Counted from the first letter of the stretch, positions 29,414 to 39,148 are shown. The stretch: DNA of 64,000 nt from Spirochaetia bacterium (GCA_965203905.1 CBDBDQ010000005.1:1344001-1408000); one strand, 5' to 3'. The notes: generated by a model not told the origin, from the letters alone. Program-made: numbers and translations.

Positions 29414-30457
29414 CTACTCCGCGGCCGGCCACCGCCGCGCGCGCCGCATGAAGACCATTTCGTCGTCCAGCCACTCTCGATAGCCGATGCGGCCGTGATC
29501 GGTCAGCCAGCCGATGTGACCGTCGAGGCACGCCACCAACTCCGTGTCCGCGGCCGCCAGCGCAAAGCCGGCGGTCTCCGCCCGCGAGTCCAGGGCCGCT
29601 ACCACGAAGGCGCCACCATGGCTGCGTGCGTCGGCCCGATTGCCGATCTCGCCCCTCGCGATCGCATCGATCCGCCCGTCCGCCAGCGCCTCGATCAGCG
29701 CCCGGTCATCCCGGAAGTAGATCACCTGGGGCTGACCGGCCATGGCGGGACGCAGATGCCGGCGCCCGTCAAGCACCGGCGTCGCCGCGGCGGCGGTGAT
29801 CGCGTAGGCGGCACTGCCGTCGGCTACCACTGTGCCGCCCGTCGCCGTGGCGACTAGCGTGCCGGCCGCCAGGACTCCGGCGGCGTCGGTGATGCCGGTC
29901 AGCTCCAGCAACCGCGCCTCCCCGGTGGTCCCGGCCAGCGCTCCCACCCGGTCCGCGCTGGTCAGGTCCCGGTGTCGCCCCAGGCGCCCCGCGTCCACGG
30001 CACGCACCAACAGCGACTGGCGGAACACGATGTGGCCAGCGGTAAAGACGATCTCCGGCTTGCCGTCACCGGCGTGCGTGCGCGCCTCGAGGATCGTGAT
30101 GCCGCCGCCCACAACATCGAACTGCGGCCCGGCCGGCAGCAGCCAGATGCCATCCCAGGCCGCGATGCCACGGCGCGAGAACGACAGGTTCAGCCCCTCC
30201 ATCGCTTCGAGCGCGGTCAACAGGTCGGCCTCGTAGCCGAGATGCGCGTTGAACCCGGAGGATGCCGGATCGGGATCCACGCTGTAGCTCACCGGCTCGA
30301 AGTGCGCGTAGAAGCCGAACTGCAGCGTCCTCTCCTGCGGAGGACAGCCACGTACCGATTCGGGCGCGGCGCTGCCAGGCGCGAGGCCCAGCAGCAACGC
30401 CATGATCAACCCGAAGACACAGGGCTGCCGCTGACAGCCCAGCCGCTCCCGGCCCAT
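29414..30457 (-). CDS. Family-3 solute-binding protein (orphan)
   Basis: Signal peptide, FEPVSY, GYEADLL, FDVVGGGITILEAR, VGALAGTTGE and ALADGRIDA. An alternative start is at 30502. Confidence 0.8.
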   Translation of the reverse strand: MGRERLGCQRQPCVFGLIMALLLGLAPGSAAPESVRGCPPQERTLQFGFYAHFEPVSYSVDPDPASSGFNAHLGYEADLLTALEAMEGLNLSFSRRGIAAWDGIWLLPAGPQFDVVGGGITILEARTHAGDGKPEIVFTAGHIVFRQSLLVRAVDAGRLGRHRDLTSADRVGALAGTTGEARLLELTGITDAAGVLAAGTLVATATGGTVVADGSAAYAITAAAATPVLDGRRHLRPAMAGQPQVIYFRDDRALIEALADGRIDAIARGEIGNRADARSHGGAFVVAALDSRAETAGFALAAADTELVACLDGHIGWLTDHGRIGYREWLDDEMVFMRRARRWPAAE

Positions 30458-30573
30458 GACGTGGACCTCCGGCACCAGGTTCCCAGGTAGTTCGTTCTCC
30501 ATGCACGCCTCTCGCAGCAGCATTTGCGTTCCGCCCCGGTGTGCGGCCGAGCAGGCCCTGAGCAGGTGAGGGG

Positions 30574-30912
30574 TCAGCCCTTCTTGAGCCCCAAGATGAG
30601 ACCAGGAACAGCCCCTACCAGGGCCGGCACGTTGGCGAACAGGACCCCATGGACCACCTGCCACTGGCGCTCCAGGTTCTCCGGGCGCCGCACCTGGTCC
30701 CACCAGGTGGCGACCGGTGCCCAGTTGATGCTGATCACCTCGAAATAGGCCAGCACCTGCAGCAGCGCGAAGGTGAAGCCCAGGAACAACGCCACGAGCT
30801 TGCCCACCTTCTTCATCAGGTACCCCACGCAGAAGCCCAGCGCTCCGCCCAGCGTGACTTGCGCCGCCACCGGAATCAGTTGCTCGCTCACCCCCACGCG
30901 CTTTGCTGCCAA
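30574..30912 (-). CDS. FUN14-family membrane protein
   Basis: GGALGFCVGYLMKKVGKLVALFLG...LQVLAYFEVISINW...GLILGLKKG. Confidence 0.85.
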   Translation of the reverse strand: MAAKRVGVSEQLIPVAAQVTLGGALGFCVGYLMKKVGKLVALFLGFTFALLQVLAYFEVISINWAPVATWWDQVRRPENLERQWQVVHGVLFANVPALVGAVPGLILGLKKG

Positions 30913-30982
30913 CTCCCGTGCTGCCTGGATCTCCGCCCCGGAAGCGGCACCCCTTACAGCGTTGTCATACGCCGGCTCCTGC

Positions 30983-31099
30983 TCACGGAGCCAGGGCCGG
31001 CAACAGGTCAGGAGCCACCGTCAGCGCCACGGCCGCCACCACGAGCACTCCCAGCACGATGGCCGTCGCCATCCCCAAGCGGATCCCAACCCGGTCCAT
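30983..31099 (-). CDS. Candidate 38-aa membrane protein (not in the ORF track)
   Basis: MDRVGIRLGMATAIVLGVLVVAAVALTVAPDLLPALAP has GC-rich third codon positions and is co-oriented with FUN14. Confidence 0.45.
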   Translation of the reverse strand: MDRVGIRLGMATAIVLGVLVVAAVALTVAPDLLPALAP

Positions 31100-31437
31100 A
31101 CCCCATAATCATCGGCAGCCGCCGAGCCGAGTACGACTGCTCCGGCGCGCGGGCGAGCCGATGGGCGCGTGGGGGCGGGCGGCGACGACCGGCGCCCGCG
31201 TCGCTGGGCCGGCGAGTTGGGCGCGGCGGGCGAGCGGGGCCCACCGGCGCCCGCCTCGGGGGGCAGGCGCGGCAGGCTGTCCGGGGTCTGTCTTGGGCCG
31301 GGCCGGTTGACAGCGCGCGGGGGGTTGACGTAGCTTCTTGCCGAGTCGGATTTTTCTAATATGCCCGCCGGCTCGCTACTGCCGATTCAGCTTTGCCAAG
31401 CCCAACCCGATACACCCCAGGAGGCCCGCCCATCATG

Positions 31438-31482
31438 TTCTTCCGGACTGTGTTCTTCCGGACCGTGCTCTTCCGGACCGTG
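31438..31482. repeat. Three tandem 15-bp units (T/C)TCTTCCGGAC(T/C)GTG upstream of the oxidase cluster
   Basis: Read directly in the sequence. Confidence 0.8.
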
Positions 31483-31569
31483 CACGACAGGAACGTGCTT
31501 GCCGACCTCAGGCTCGCCGGCGTACCGCGCGGCGACTCTTTGCGCCGCGGCCCGGCGCACCCGCGTTTC

Positions 31570-32385
31570 ATGACGCGCCTCGGGCTGGTCCTCGTAGCCA
31601 TGGTCATGGTGCTGGCGCTGGCCGCCTGCGGCGGAGACGACGACGATGACGGCGGTGGCGGCAGTGCCGCCGAACCGGCCCCCGACAGCGGCCAGGGCGC
31701 CAAGGAGCCGGCGCCGGTGGCCGACAGCAACGACGCCTCGATCAGCGGCACCGTGAGCTTCAAGGGCGATGCGCCGGAAATGGCGGTGCTGGACATGGCG
31801 GCCGATCCGGTGTGTGCCGAGAAGAACCAGGAAGACCCCAAGCGGCGCCAGGTGCTGGTGCTCGGCGACAGCCAGCGCATCGCCAACGTGCTGGTGCAGA
31901 TCAAGGGCGGCCTGCCGTCGATGGAGCATGATGCGCCCGCCGAGGTGGTGGAGTTCGACCAGGGCGGCTGCCAGTACAGCCCGCACGTGTTCGCGCTGCG
32001 GGTCGGCCAGACCCTGAAGATCCTCAATCCCGACGGCACGCTGCACAACGTGCACGCCTTCTCCAAGGTCAACGCGGAGTTCAACGAGGCGATGCCCAAG
32101 TTCCGCACCGAGCTGGAGAAGGTGTTCGACAAGGCGGAGCCGACGCCGTTCGCGGTAAAGTGCGACGTGCACCCGTGGATGAACGCCTGGGCGGCGGTGT
32201 TCGATCACCCCTACTTCGCGGTCACCGGCAGCGACGGCAGCTTCACCATCGGCAACCTGCCGGCCGGCACCTACGAGCTGGAGATCTGGCACGAGCGGCT
32301 GCCGGCGCAGACCGTCTCGGTGACCGTCGCGGCGGGGGAGAAGGCGACGCTGGACGACATCGTCATGGAGGTGCCCTCGAGCTGA
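31570..32385 (+). CDS. Lipoprotein with cupredoxin-like and carboxypeptidase-regulatory-like domains
   Basis: Lipobox LAAC, DQGGCQYSPHV, LHNVH, CDVHPWM and DGSFTIGNLPAGTYELEIWHE. Confidence 0.8.
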   Translation: MTRLGLVLVAMVMVLALAACGGDDDDDGGGGSAAEPAPDSGQGAKEPAPVADSNDASISGTVSFKGDAPEMAVLDMAADPVCAEKNQEDPKRRQVLVLGDSQRIANVLVQIKGGLPSMEHDAPAEVVEFDQGGCQYSPHVFALRVGQTLKILNPDGTLHNVHAFSKVNAEFNEAMPKFRTELEKVFDKAEPTPFAVKCDVHPWMNAWAAVFDHPYFAVTGSDGSFTIGNLPAGTYELEIWHERLPAQTVSVTVAAGEKATLDDIVMEVPSS

Positions 32386-32585
32386 GCGCGAGCCGCGCGC
32401 GGCGGGGGCGAGACGATCCGCGGAAGCGGGGAATGCGGGGGCCGGTGGATGGACAACGGCGCACGGGACCGTATGAGTCGGGCAACCGGGTGAGTGGCCG
32501 GGTGAGTGGCGACGATTGTCGAGTGAGGCGAACGAGAGCGCAAGGGAGCTGAACAGGTGACCACGGAACGACAGGCGGACGCGCG

Positions 32586-34385
32586 ATGAGCAAGGCAGCG
32601 CACCCCCCGGCGGCCGGCAACGGCCACGGCGGCGCCCACGGCGCCCACCACGACGACGGTCACGGCCACGGACCGCCGGAGAGCTTCATCCGCAAGTACA
32701 TCTTCTCGGTCGATCACAAGACGATCGGCATCCAGTACGGCATCACCGCCATGGTGTTCCTGCTGCTCGGCTTCCTCTTCATCCTGCTGATGCGCTGGCA
32801 GCTCGCGTTCCCGGAGCAGGCCATGCCGGTGATCGGCAGACTGTTCGGCGCCACGCGCATGCCCGAGGGGGTGATGCTGCCGGAGTTCTACAACCAGCTC
32901 GGCGCCATGCACGGCACCATCATGGTGTTCCTGGGCGTGGTGCCGCTGGCGGTGGGCGCGTTCGGCAACTACCTGGTGCCGCTGCAGGTGGGCGCCCCGG
33001 ACATGGCCTTTCCGAAGCTCAACGCGGCCAGCTACTGGCTCTACTTCGCCGGCGGCGTGATCATGCTGGTCAGCTTCTTCGTGCCGGGCGGCGCCGCCAA
33101 GTCGGGCTGGACCTCCTATCCGCCGCTGGCGGTGATCGAGACGGCGGGCCAGACCTGGTGGCTGCTGGGGATGGTGTTCCTGATCAACTCTTCGCTGCTG
33201 GGCTCGGTCAACATCATCACCACCATCGTGCAGCTGCGCGCGCCGGGACTGCAGTTCATGCGCATGCCGTTCCTGGTGTGGGCGCAGCTCGTCACCAGCC
33301 TGCTGCTGTTGCTGGCATTCCCGCCGCTGGAGGTGGCCGGCGTGATGCAGCTCCTGGACCGGGTGGCCGGCACCAGCTTCTTCATGCCCTCCGGCCTGGT
33401 GGTCAGCGGCGAGGCGTATCCCGGCAGCGGCGGCGGCAGCGCCCTGCTGTGGCAGCACCTGTTCTGGTTCCTGGCCCACCCCGAGGTGTACGTGCTGATC
33501 CTGCCGGCGATGGGCATCGTCTGCGAGGTCCTGGCCAACAACTCGCGCAAGCCGCTGTACGGCTACAAGGCGCTGGTCTACTCGGTGCTGTTCCTCGGCT
33601 TCATGTCCTTCATCGTGTGGGCGCACCACATGTTCCTCACCGGCATGGGCACCGCCATCAGCACCTTCTTCCAGCTCACCACCATGATCATCTCGGTGCC
33701 GTCGATCATCATCCTCACGGTGATGATCCTGTCGCTGTGGGGGGGATCGATCCGCTTCACCACGCCGATGCTGTTCGCGCTGGCGTTCATCCCGATGTTC
33801 GGGATCGGCGGACTCACCGGGCTGCCGCTGGGCCTGTCGGTGTCGGACATCCACCTGCACGACACCTACTACGTGATCGGCCACTTCCACTTCGTGGTGG
33901 CGCCGGGCACCCTGATGGCGCTGTTCGCCGGCGTCTACCACTGGTATCCCAAGGTCACCGGGCGGCGCATGAGCGACACCCTGGGGCGCTGGCACTTCTG
34001 GCCCACGCTGGTGTTCATGTTCGGCACCTTCATGCCGATGTTCGTGCTCGGCATGGCCGGCGTGTCGCGGCGCCTCTGGGACGGCGGCGCCACCTACGCC
34101 CACGCCCAGGACTACCTGTGGCTCAACCAGCTCATCACCTTCTCCGCCTGGGGGCTGGCGCTGGCGCAGGTGTTCTTCATCGTCAACTTCTTCGTCAGCC
34201 TCAGGAGCGGCGAGAAGGTAAAGGACAACCCGTGGCAGGGCACCACCCTGGAGTGGGCCACCAGCTCGCCGCCGCTCGGCCACGGCAACTTCCCGCAGCC
34301 GGTGGAGGTGTATCGCGGGCCCTACGAGTACAGCGTGCCCAAGGCCAAGCGCGACTTCTCGCCGCAGTTCGTGAAAAAGGCGTAG
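32586..34385 (+). CDS. ctaD: Cytochrome c oxidase subunit I (type A1)
   Basis: DHKTIG, HGTIM, DMAFPKLN, GWTSYPPL, WFLAHPEVY, VWAHHMF and HDTYYVIGHFH. Confidence 0.97.
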   Translation: MSKAAHPPAAGNGHGGAHGAHHDDGHGHGPPESFIRKYIFSVDHKTIGIQYGITAMVFLLLGFLFILLMRWQLAFPEQAMPVIGRLFGATRMPEGVMLPEFYNQLGAMHGTIMVFLGVVPLAVGAFGNYLVPLQVGAPDMAFPKLNAASYWLYFAGGVIMLVSFFVPGGAAKSGWTSYPPLAVIETAGQTWWLLGMVFLINSSLLGSVNIITTIVQLRAPGLQFMRMPFLVWAQLVTSLLLLLAFPPLEVAGVMQLLDRVAGTSFFMPSGLVVSGEAYPGSGGGSALLWQHLFWFLAHPEVYVLILPAMGIVCEVLANNSRKPLYGYKALVYSVLFLGFMSFIVWAHHMFLTGMGTAISTFFQLTTMIISVPSIIILTVMILSLWGGSIRFTTPMLFALAFIPMFGIGGLTGLPLGLSVSDIHLHDTYYVIGHFHFVVAPGTLMALFAGVYHWYPKVTGRRMSDTLGRWHFWPTLVFMFGTFMPMFVLGMAGVSRRLWDGGATYAHAQDYLWLNQLITFSAWGLALAQVFFIVNFFVSLRSGEKVKDNPWQGTTLEWATSSPPLGHGNFPQPVEVYRGPYEYSVPKAKRDFSPQFVKKA

Positions 34386-34391
34386 CGACGC

Positions 34392-34997
34392 ATGGTGGAA
34401 ATTCCCTACGATCAACACGACCACCCCGTAACCGGGGTCTACAACGCCAAGCTCGGCATCTGGCTGTTCCTCGCTTCCGAGGTGCTGTTCTTCGGCGCCT
34501 TCTTCTCCACCTACATCCTGCTGCGCATCGGCGCCGGCGGCATCGCGGGGAGCTGGCCCTACGGCGCCGACTACCTCAACGTCACCCTGGCCACCATCAA
34601 CACCGCGATCCTGATCAGCTCCTCGCTGACCATGGTGATGGCGTGGGCGTCGCTCAAGCTGCAGCGCTTCACCGCCTTCCAGGTGTACTTCGGCCTTACC
34701 ATCCTGCTGGCGCTGGCGTTCCTGGTGATCAAGGGCTTCGAGTACAACGAGGAGTTCGTGCACGGGCGCTTCCCGGAGACCAGCACCTTCTTCGCCATCT
34801 ACTTCGCGCTCACCGGGATCCACGGGCTGCACATCCTGCTGGGCGTGGTGGTGAACGTGTACCACCTGTTCTCGGCACCGGCCATCTACCGTGAGAACCC
34901 GGAGAAGATGGCCAACCGCATCGAGGTCGCCGGGCTCTACTGGCACTTCGTCGACCTGGTGTGGATCTTCCTGTTCCCGGTGCTGTATCTGCTATGA
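34392..34997 (+). CDS. ctaE: Cytochrome c oxidase subunit III
   Basis: LGIWLFLASEVLFFGAFF, TGIHGLHI and GLYWHFVDLVWIFLFP. Confidence 0.96.
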   Translation: MVEIPYDQHDHPVTGVYNAKLGIWLFLASEVLFFGAFFSTYILLRIGAGGIAGSWPYGADYLNVTLATINTAILISSSLTMVMAWASLKLQRFTAFQVYFGLTILLALAFLVIKGFEYNEEFVHGRFPETSTFFAIYFALTGIHGLHILLGVVVNVYHLFSAPAIYRENPEKMANRIEVAGLYWHFVDLVWIFLFPVLYLL

Positions 34998-35015
34998 GGA
35001 AAGGAGCCTGACGAG

Positions 35016-35366
35016 ATGAGCGCAGAGCATACCGCCGAGCACGTCCAGCAGCAGGTTCGGACCTACTTCATCGTCTTCCTGTCGCTGCTGGTGCTGACCG
35101 TGGTCACGGTTGCGGTGAGCCGCATCCACCTGCCGGTCGCCGCCGGCGTGGTGGTGGCGCTGATCGTCGCCAGCCTCAAGGGCACCCTGGTGGCGGGCAT
35201 CTTCATGCACCTGTTCGACGACAGGTTTCCGTTCATCTTCAAGGTGCTGATCTTCTCCGCGATCTTCTTCATCGTGATGATCGCCCTGTTCCTGTTCGGC
35301 TACTTCGACAGCTTCGCCAGCGAGCGGGCGGTGGTGGAGGCGCCGGTGCTGGAGGAGCACCATTAG
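35016..35366 (+). CDS. ctaF: Cytochrome c oxidase subunit IV
   Basis: YFIVFLSLLVLTVVTV...KGTLVAGIFMHL, located after subunit III. Confidence 0.88.
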   Translation: MSAEHTAEHVQQQVRTYFIVFLSLLVLTVVTVAVSRIHLPVAAGVVVALIVASLKGTLVAGIFMHLFDDRFPFIFKVLIFSAIFFIVMIALFLFGYFDSFASERAVVEAPVLEEHH

Positions 35367-35367
35367 C

Positions 35368-35568
35368 ATGTCGCTGAAGGTGGTCCACGTGGTGTTCATC
35401 GCCTGCGCCTGCGCCGGGCTGGCATTCCTGTCGGTGTGGTGCTTCACCCACTTCGCGAACAGCAATCCGCTGCTCGCGATCGGCGGCGGCACCGGCTCCG
35501 CGCTGGCGCTGCTCGGCGTGCTGCTGCTGGAGCGGCGTGTGCTCGCCGCGCTCAAGGAGGTGCACTAG
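35368..35568 (+). CDS. Small two-TM protein in the oxidase operon
   Basis: MSLKVVHVVFI..., tightly packed between operon genes. Confidence 0.75.
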   Translation: MSLKVVHVVFIACACAGLAFLSVWCFTHFANSNPLLAIGGGTGSALALLGVLLLERRVLAALKEVH

Positions 35569-35834
35569 TGTGGCGCCGCATCCCGCACTCGCTGTACGCG
35601 CTGCCGGCAGCCACGGCCGCCGTGTGGGTGCTCGCCGCGCTGACGCCGCAGCCCGCCGCCGCCTGCGCGGTGTGCTTCGGCACCGCGGATCCCGCGTCCA
35701 TGCAGGGGCTGCAGGCGGGCATCCTGCTGCTGCTGGGGATGGTGGCCCTGGTGTTCGCCGGCGTGGGCGGGTTCCTGCTCGCCGCGCGGCGCCGCATCCA
35801 GCGCCTGCACGGCCAGCCAACGGAGGCACCGTAA
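35568..35834 (+). CDS. Small exported/membrane protein with CAVCFG motif in the oxidase operon
   Basis: GTG start overlapping the previous stop, signal-like segment, AAA-CAVCFG and one TM helix. Confidence 0.7.
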   Translation: MWRRIPHSLYALPAATAAVWVLAALTPQPAAACAVCFGTADPASMQGLQAGILLLLGMVALVFAGVGGFLLAARRRIQRLHGQPTEAP

Positions 35835-35835
35835 G

Positions 35836-36618
35836 ATGATCGAGTTCGCACGTTCCATGTGGATGCCGGAGGCGGCCTCCGCCCACGCCGGCCAAGTCGA
35901 CGGCCTGCTCGGCTGGGTACACCTGCTGATGGCCGTGCTGTTCGTCGGGTGGGGCATCTTCTTCTTCTACATCCTGGCCCGGTTCCGGGCGCGCAAGCAG
36001 CCACGCGCCAACTACCACGGCACCCACAGCCACCTGTCGCGCTACATCGAGGGCGCGGTGGCGGTGATCGAGATTGCCCTGCTGTTCGGACTCTCGGTGC
36101 CGGTGTGGGCGCGGCAGATCGCCAACCCGGTGCCCGCGGAAGAGGCCATGACCGTCCGCGTGGTGGGCCAGCAGTTCGCCTGGAACATCCACTATCCGGG
36201 CGCCGACGGCATGTTCGGCGCCACCTCCGTCGACCTGGTGGACGCCGAGGTCAACCCCCTGGGGCTGGACCGCGACGACGTGTTCGCCAAGGACGACGTC
36301 ACCACGGTGAACCAGCTCCACGTGCCGGTGGACACCCCGATCCGCATCGAGCTGTCGGCCTTCGACGTGGTGCACAGCTTCTTCCTGCCCGAGATGCGGG
36401 TGAAGCAGGACGCCATTCCCGGCATGACCATCCCGCTCAGCTTCACCGCCACCGCCACCGGCGAGTGGGAGATCGCCTGCGCCCAGCTCTGCGGCCTCGG
36501 CCACTACCGCATGCGCGGCTTCTTCACCGTCCACGACCAGGTCGGATTCGACGCCTGGATGGCGGAACGCGTGGCCGAGGTAGAGGCAGCCGCCCAGCCC
36601 AGGGGCTTCTTCGACTGA
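35836..36618 (+). CDS. ctaC: Cytochrome c oxidase subunit II (CuA)
   Basis: QQFAW, DVVHSF, KQDAIPG and CAQLCGLGHYRM. Confidence 0.95.
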   Translation: MIEFARSMWMPEAASAHAGQVDGLLGWVHLLMAVLFVGWGIFFFYILARFRARKQPRANYHGTHSHLSRYIEGAVAVIEIALLFGLSVPVWARQIANPVPAEEAMTVRVVGQQFAWNIHYPGADGMFGATSVDLVDAEVNPLGLDRDDVFAKDDVTTVNQLHVPVDTPIRIELSAFDVVHSFFLPEMRVKQDAIPGMTIPLSFTATATGEWEIACAQLCGLGHYRMRGFFTVHDQVGFDAWMAERVAEVEAAAQPRGFFD

Positions 36619-36645
36619 CCCGCGTCCGGGCCGGCTTGACGCCGT

Positions 36646-37176
36646 TTACACTCGCGTCAGGCTCTGCAGGGGGCGGTCGCGCAGGCGGGTGCGGCCGTCC
36701 AGCTCGCTGAGCTCGACCACGAACAGCACCCCGGCGACCGCGGCGCCGAGCCGCTCGATCAGGTCGCAGGCGGCGGCCGCCGTGCCACCGGTGGCGAGCA
36801 CGTCGTCGATCAGCACCACCCGGTCGCCGGAGCCGCAGGCGTCGGCGTGGATCTCCAGCGCATCGGTGCCGTACTCCAGGGCGTAGTCCTGGCGCACGGT
36901 GTGATGCGGCAGCTTGCCGGGCTTGCGGATCAGGGCCAGCGGCAATCCCATGCGCTCGGCGAGGGGGGCGCCGAACAGGAAGCCGCGGCTTTCGATGCAG
37001 GCTACGCGGTCGGCGCCGTGGCCCGCGCACTGCTCGGCCAGCCAGGCCACCACCCGCGGGAACAGGTTGCTGGCCGCCAGCAGCGGGGTGATGTCGCGAA
37101 ACAGGACCCCCGGCTGCGGAAAATCGGGCACCGCGCGCAACGCGTCACGCACCCCGATCGCCAGATCATCCGCCAT
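36646..37176 (-). CDS. apt: Adenine phosphoribosyltransferase
   Basis: VPDFPQPGVLFRDITPLL, ESRGF, RKPGKLP, LEYG and LIDDVLATGGT. Confidence 0.97.
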   Translation of the reverse strand: MADDLAIGVRDALRAVPDFPQPGVLFRDITPLLAASNLFPRVVAWLAEQCAGHGADRVACIESRGFLFGAPLAERMGLPLALIRKPGKLPHHTVRQDYALEYGTDALEIHADACGSGDRVVLIDDVLATGGTAAAACDLIERLGAAVAGVLFVVELSELDGRTRLRDRPLQSLTRV

Positions 37177-37314
37177 CTTCCTCTCCTTTGCGCTTGAGAC
37201 CAAGCCGGACGTAGGTTACTTTATACCGAAGTACCAAGGCGCCGCGAGCATCTGCCCGTACCAGCGAGCCAGAACCAAAGGCCGTGCGGCTCCGAGATAC
37301 CGAGGGAGGGACCC

Positions 37315-37533
37315 GTGGCAAGACGCTCCAAGCACAGTGCACAGAAGAGGCGCCGCGAGCTGGCGCGAGCAGAGAGACGTGAACGCAAGCGCGAGCGGCG
37401 CGCGAACCCCGTAGAGCATGACACGGAGACGCTGATCGCAGAATACCGGGGCCTCAATCTTCCCGGCGACGTGGAGGATGAGGCCGACGACGACGAAGCC
37501 GCAGAGGAGAACGGCGCCGAGGTCGCGCGCTGA
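37315..37533 (+). CDS. Small protein with basic N-terminus and acidic C-terminus
   Basis: GGAGGG upstream, MARRSKHSAQKRRRELARAERRERKRERR...EDEADDDEAAEE. Confidence 0.6.
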   Translation: MARRSKHSAQKRRRELARAERRERKRERRANPVEHDTETLIAEYRGLNLPGDVEDEADDDEAAEENGAEVAR

Positions 37534-37681
37534 GGTTGCCGGCTGCCGCGGGCAGCCCGCCCCCCGCGCCGGGGAGCCATCATCCCGCCCGCCGGTACGA
37601 CGCGATTTCCCGCCGGGTGGTGTGGCGAAGCTGCCCGTTTCGGTGTAGCATTTCGACAACAACCCTCCAGGAGGTAGACCG

Positions 37682-38872
37682 ATGGCTGAAAACAGAGGGC
37701 TCGCCTACATCGAGCCGGGCGTGGTGGAGATTCAGGACATTGATTTTCCCAAGCTCGCGCTGGGCGACCGCAAGTGTGACCACGGGGTCATTCTCAAGAT
37801 CGTCTCCACCAACATCTGCGGGAGCGATCAGCACATGGTGCGCGGGCGCACCACCGCGCCCCCCGGCCTGATCCTGGGCCACGAGATCACCGGCGAGGTG
37901 ATCGAGGCGGGACACGACGTCGAGTTCATCAACGTCGGCGACATCGTGTCGGTGCCGTTCAACATCGCCTGCGGGCGCTGCCGCAACTGCAAGGAGACCA
38001 AGACCGGAATCTGCCTGAACGTGAACCCGGCCCGTCCCGGCGCCGCCTACGGCTATGTCGACATGGGCGGCTGGGTCGGCGGCCAGGCGGAGTACGTGAT
38101 GGTGCCGTACGCCGACTTCAACGTGCTCAAGCTGCCGGAGCGCGATGTCACCATGGCCAAGATCCGCGACCTGACGCTGCTCTCCGACATCTTCCCGACC
38201 GGCTTCCACGGCGCCTACAGCGCGGGGGTGGGTCCGGGCTCCATCGTCTACGTGGCCGGCGCCGGTCCCGTGGGCCTGGCCTGCGCCACCGGCTGCCAGT
38301 TGCTGGGCGCGGCATGCGTGATCGTCGGCGACATGATCCCCGAGCGCCTGGAGCAGGCGCGCAGCTTCGGCTGCGAAACCGTGGACCTGCGCCAGGACGC
38401 GACCCTGGCCGAGCAGATCGAGCAGATCGTCGGTGAGCCGGAAGTGGACCAGGCGGTGGACTGCGTCGGCTTCGAGGCACGCGGCCACGGCAAGGACGCG
38501 GTGGAGGAGTTTCCCGCGACGGTGCTCAACTCGGTGATGGAGGTGACCCGCGCCGGCGGCGGCATCGGCATTCCCGGCCTCTACGTGACCGGCGACCCGG
38601 GCGGCAAGGACGACAACGCCAAGATCGGCAACCTCGGCATCCGCATCGGCCTGGGCTGGGCCAAGTCGCACCACTTCACCACCGGCCAGTGCCCGGTGAT
38701 GCGCTACAACCGCCAGCTCATGCAGGCGATCCTGTACGACAAGGTGAGCGTGGCGGACAACGTCGGCGCAACGGTGATCTCACTCGATGACGGCCCGCAG
38801 GGCTACCAGGACTTCGACCGCGGCGCCGCCAAGAAGTTCATCATCGACCCCCACGCGATGATCGCCGCCTAG
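37682..38872 (+). CDS. fdhA: Glutathione-independent formaldehyde dehydrogenase
   Basis: NICGSDQHMVRGRT, GHEITGEV, CGRCRNC...C, LSDIFPTGFHG and GIPGLYVTGDPG, with a strong GGAGG RBS. Confidence 0.95.
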   Translation: MAENRGLAYIEPGVVEIQDIDFPKLALGDRKCDHGVILKIVSTNICGSDQHMVRGRTTAPPGLILGHEITGEVIEAGHDVEFINVGDIVSVPFNIACGRCRNCKETKTGICLNVNPARPGAAYGYVDMGGWVGGQAEYVMVPYADFNVLKLPERDVTMAKIRDLTLLSDIFPTGFHGAYSAGVGPGSIVYVAGAGPVGLACATGCQLLGAACVIVGDMIPERLEQARSFGCETVDLRQDATLAEQIEQIVGEPEVDQAVDCVGFEARGHGKDAVEEFPATVLNSVMEVTRAGGGIGIPGLYVTGDPGGKDDNAKIGNLGIRIGLGWAKSHHFTTGQCPVMRYNRQLMQAILYDKVSVADNVGATVISLDDGPQGYQDFDRGAAKKFIIDPHAMIAA

Positions 38873-39049
38873 ACAGGCGCCGCAACCCACCTGCACCCGG
38901 CCGCCGCGGCACGCCCCGGCGGCCGGTGCCGTTTCAGGCCGCGACCCGAGCCAATTGCGCGCGAACTCGTGCCCGCCGGCCGAGCGGAACCGACTTCGGC
39001 GCCGCTGGCGAGCCTCGCTGCGCGCCCTGCACCGCCATCCCACTTCCAC

Positions 39050-39139
39050 TCGCGAAATGGCGAATTTCTTGTCGGTTTCGCGATTTTTTCGTCGATTCGT
39101 GAATTTGACGAACTGGTTTTTGCCTCATTGCTCTACGAT
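39050..39139 (+). promoter_or_regulatory. Second copy of the TCGCGA-box non-coding element, 9 bp before a lipoprotein start codon
   Basis: Three identical blocks (17, 15 and 14 bp) are shared with the reverse complement of 28202-28289. Confidence 0.7.
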
Positions 39140-39148
39140 GGCGAACCT

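Noticed and set aside
31307-31365. TTGACA/TTGACG hexamers upstream of the oxidase cluster as a defined promoter or FNR site
   Set aside because: No convincing -10 element at 17 bp and no TTGAT-N4-ATCAA symmetry.
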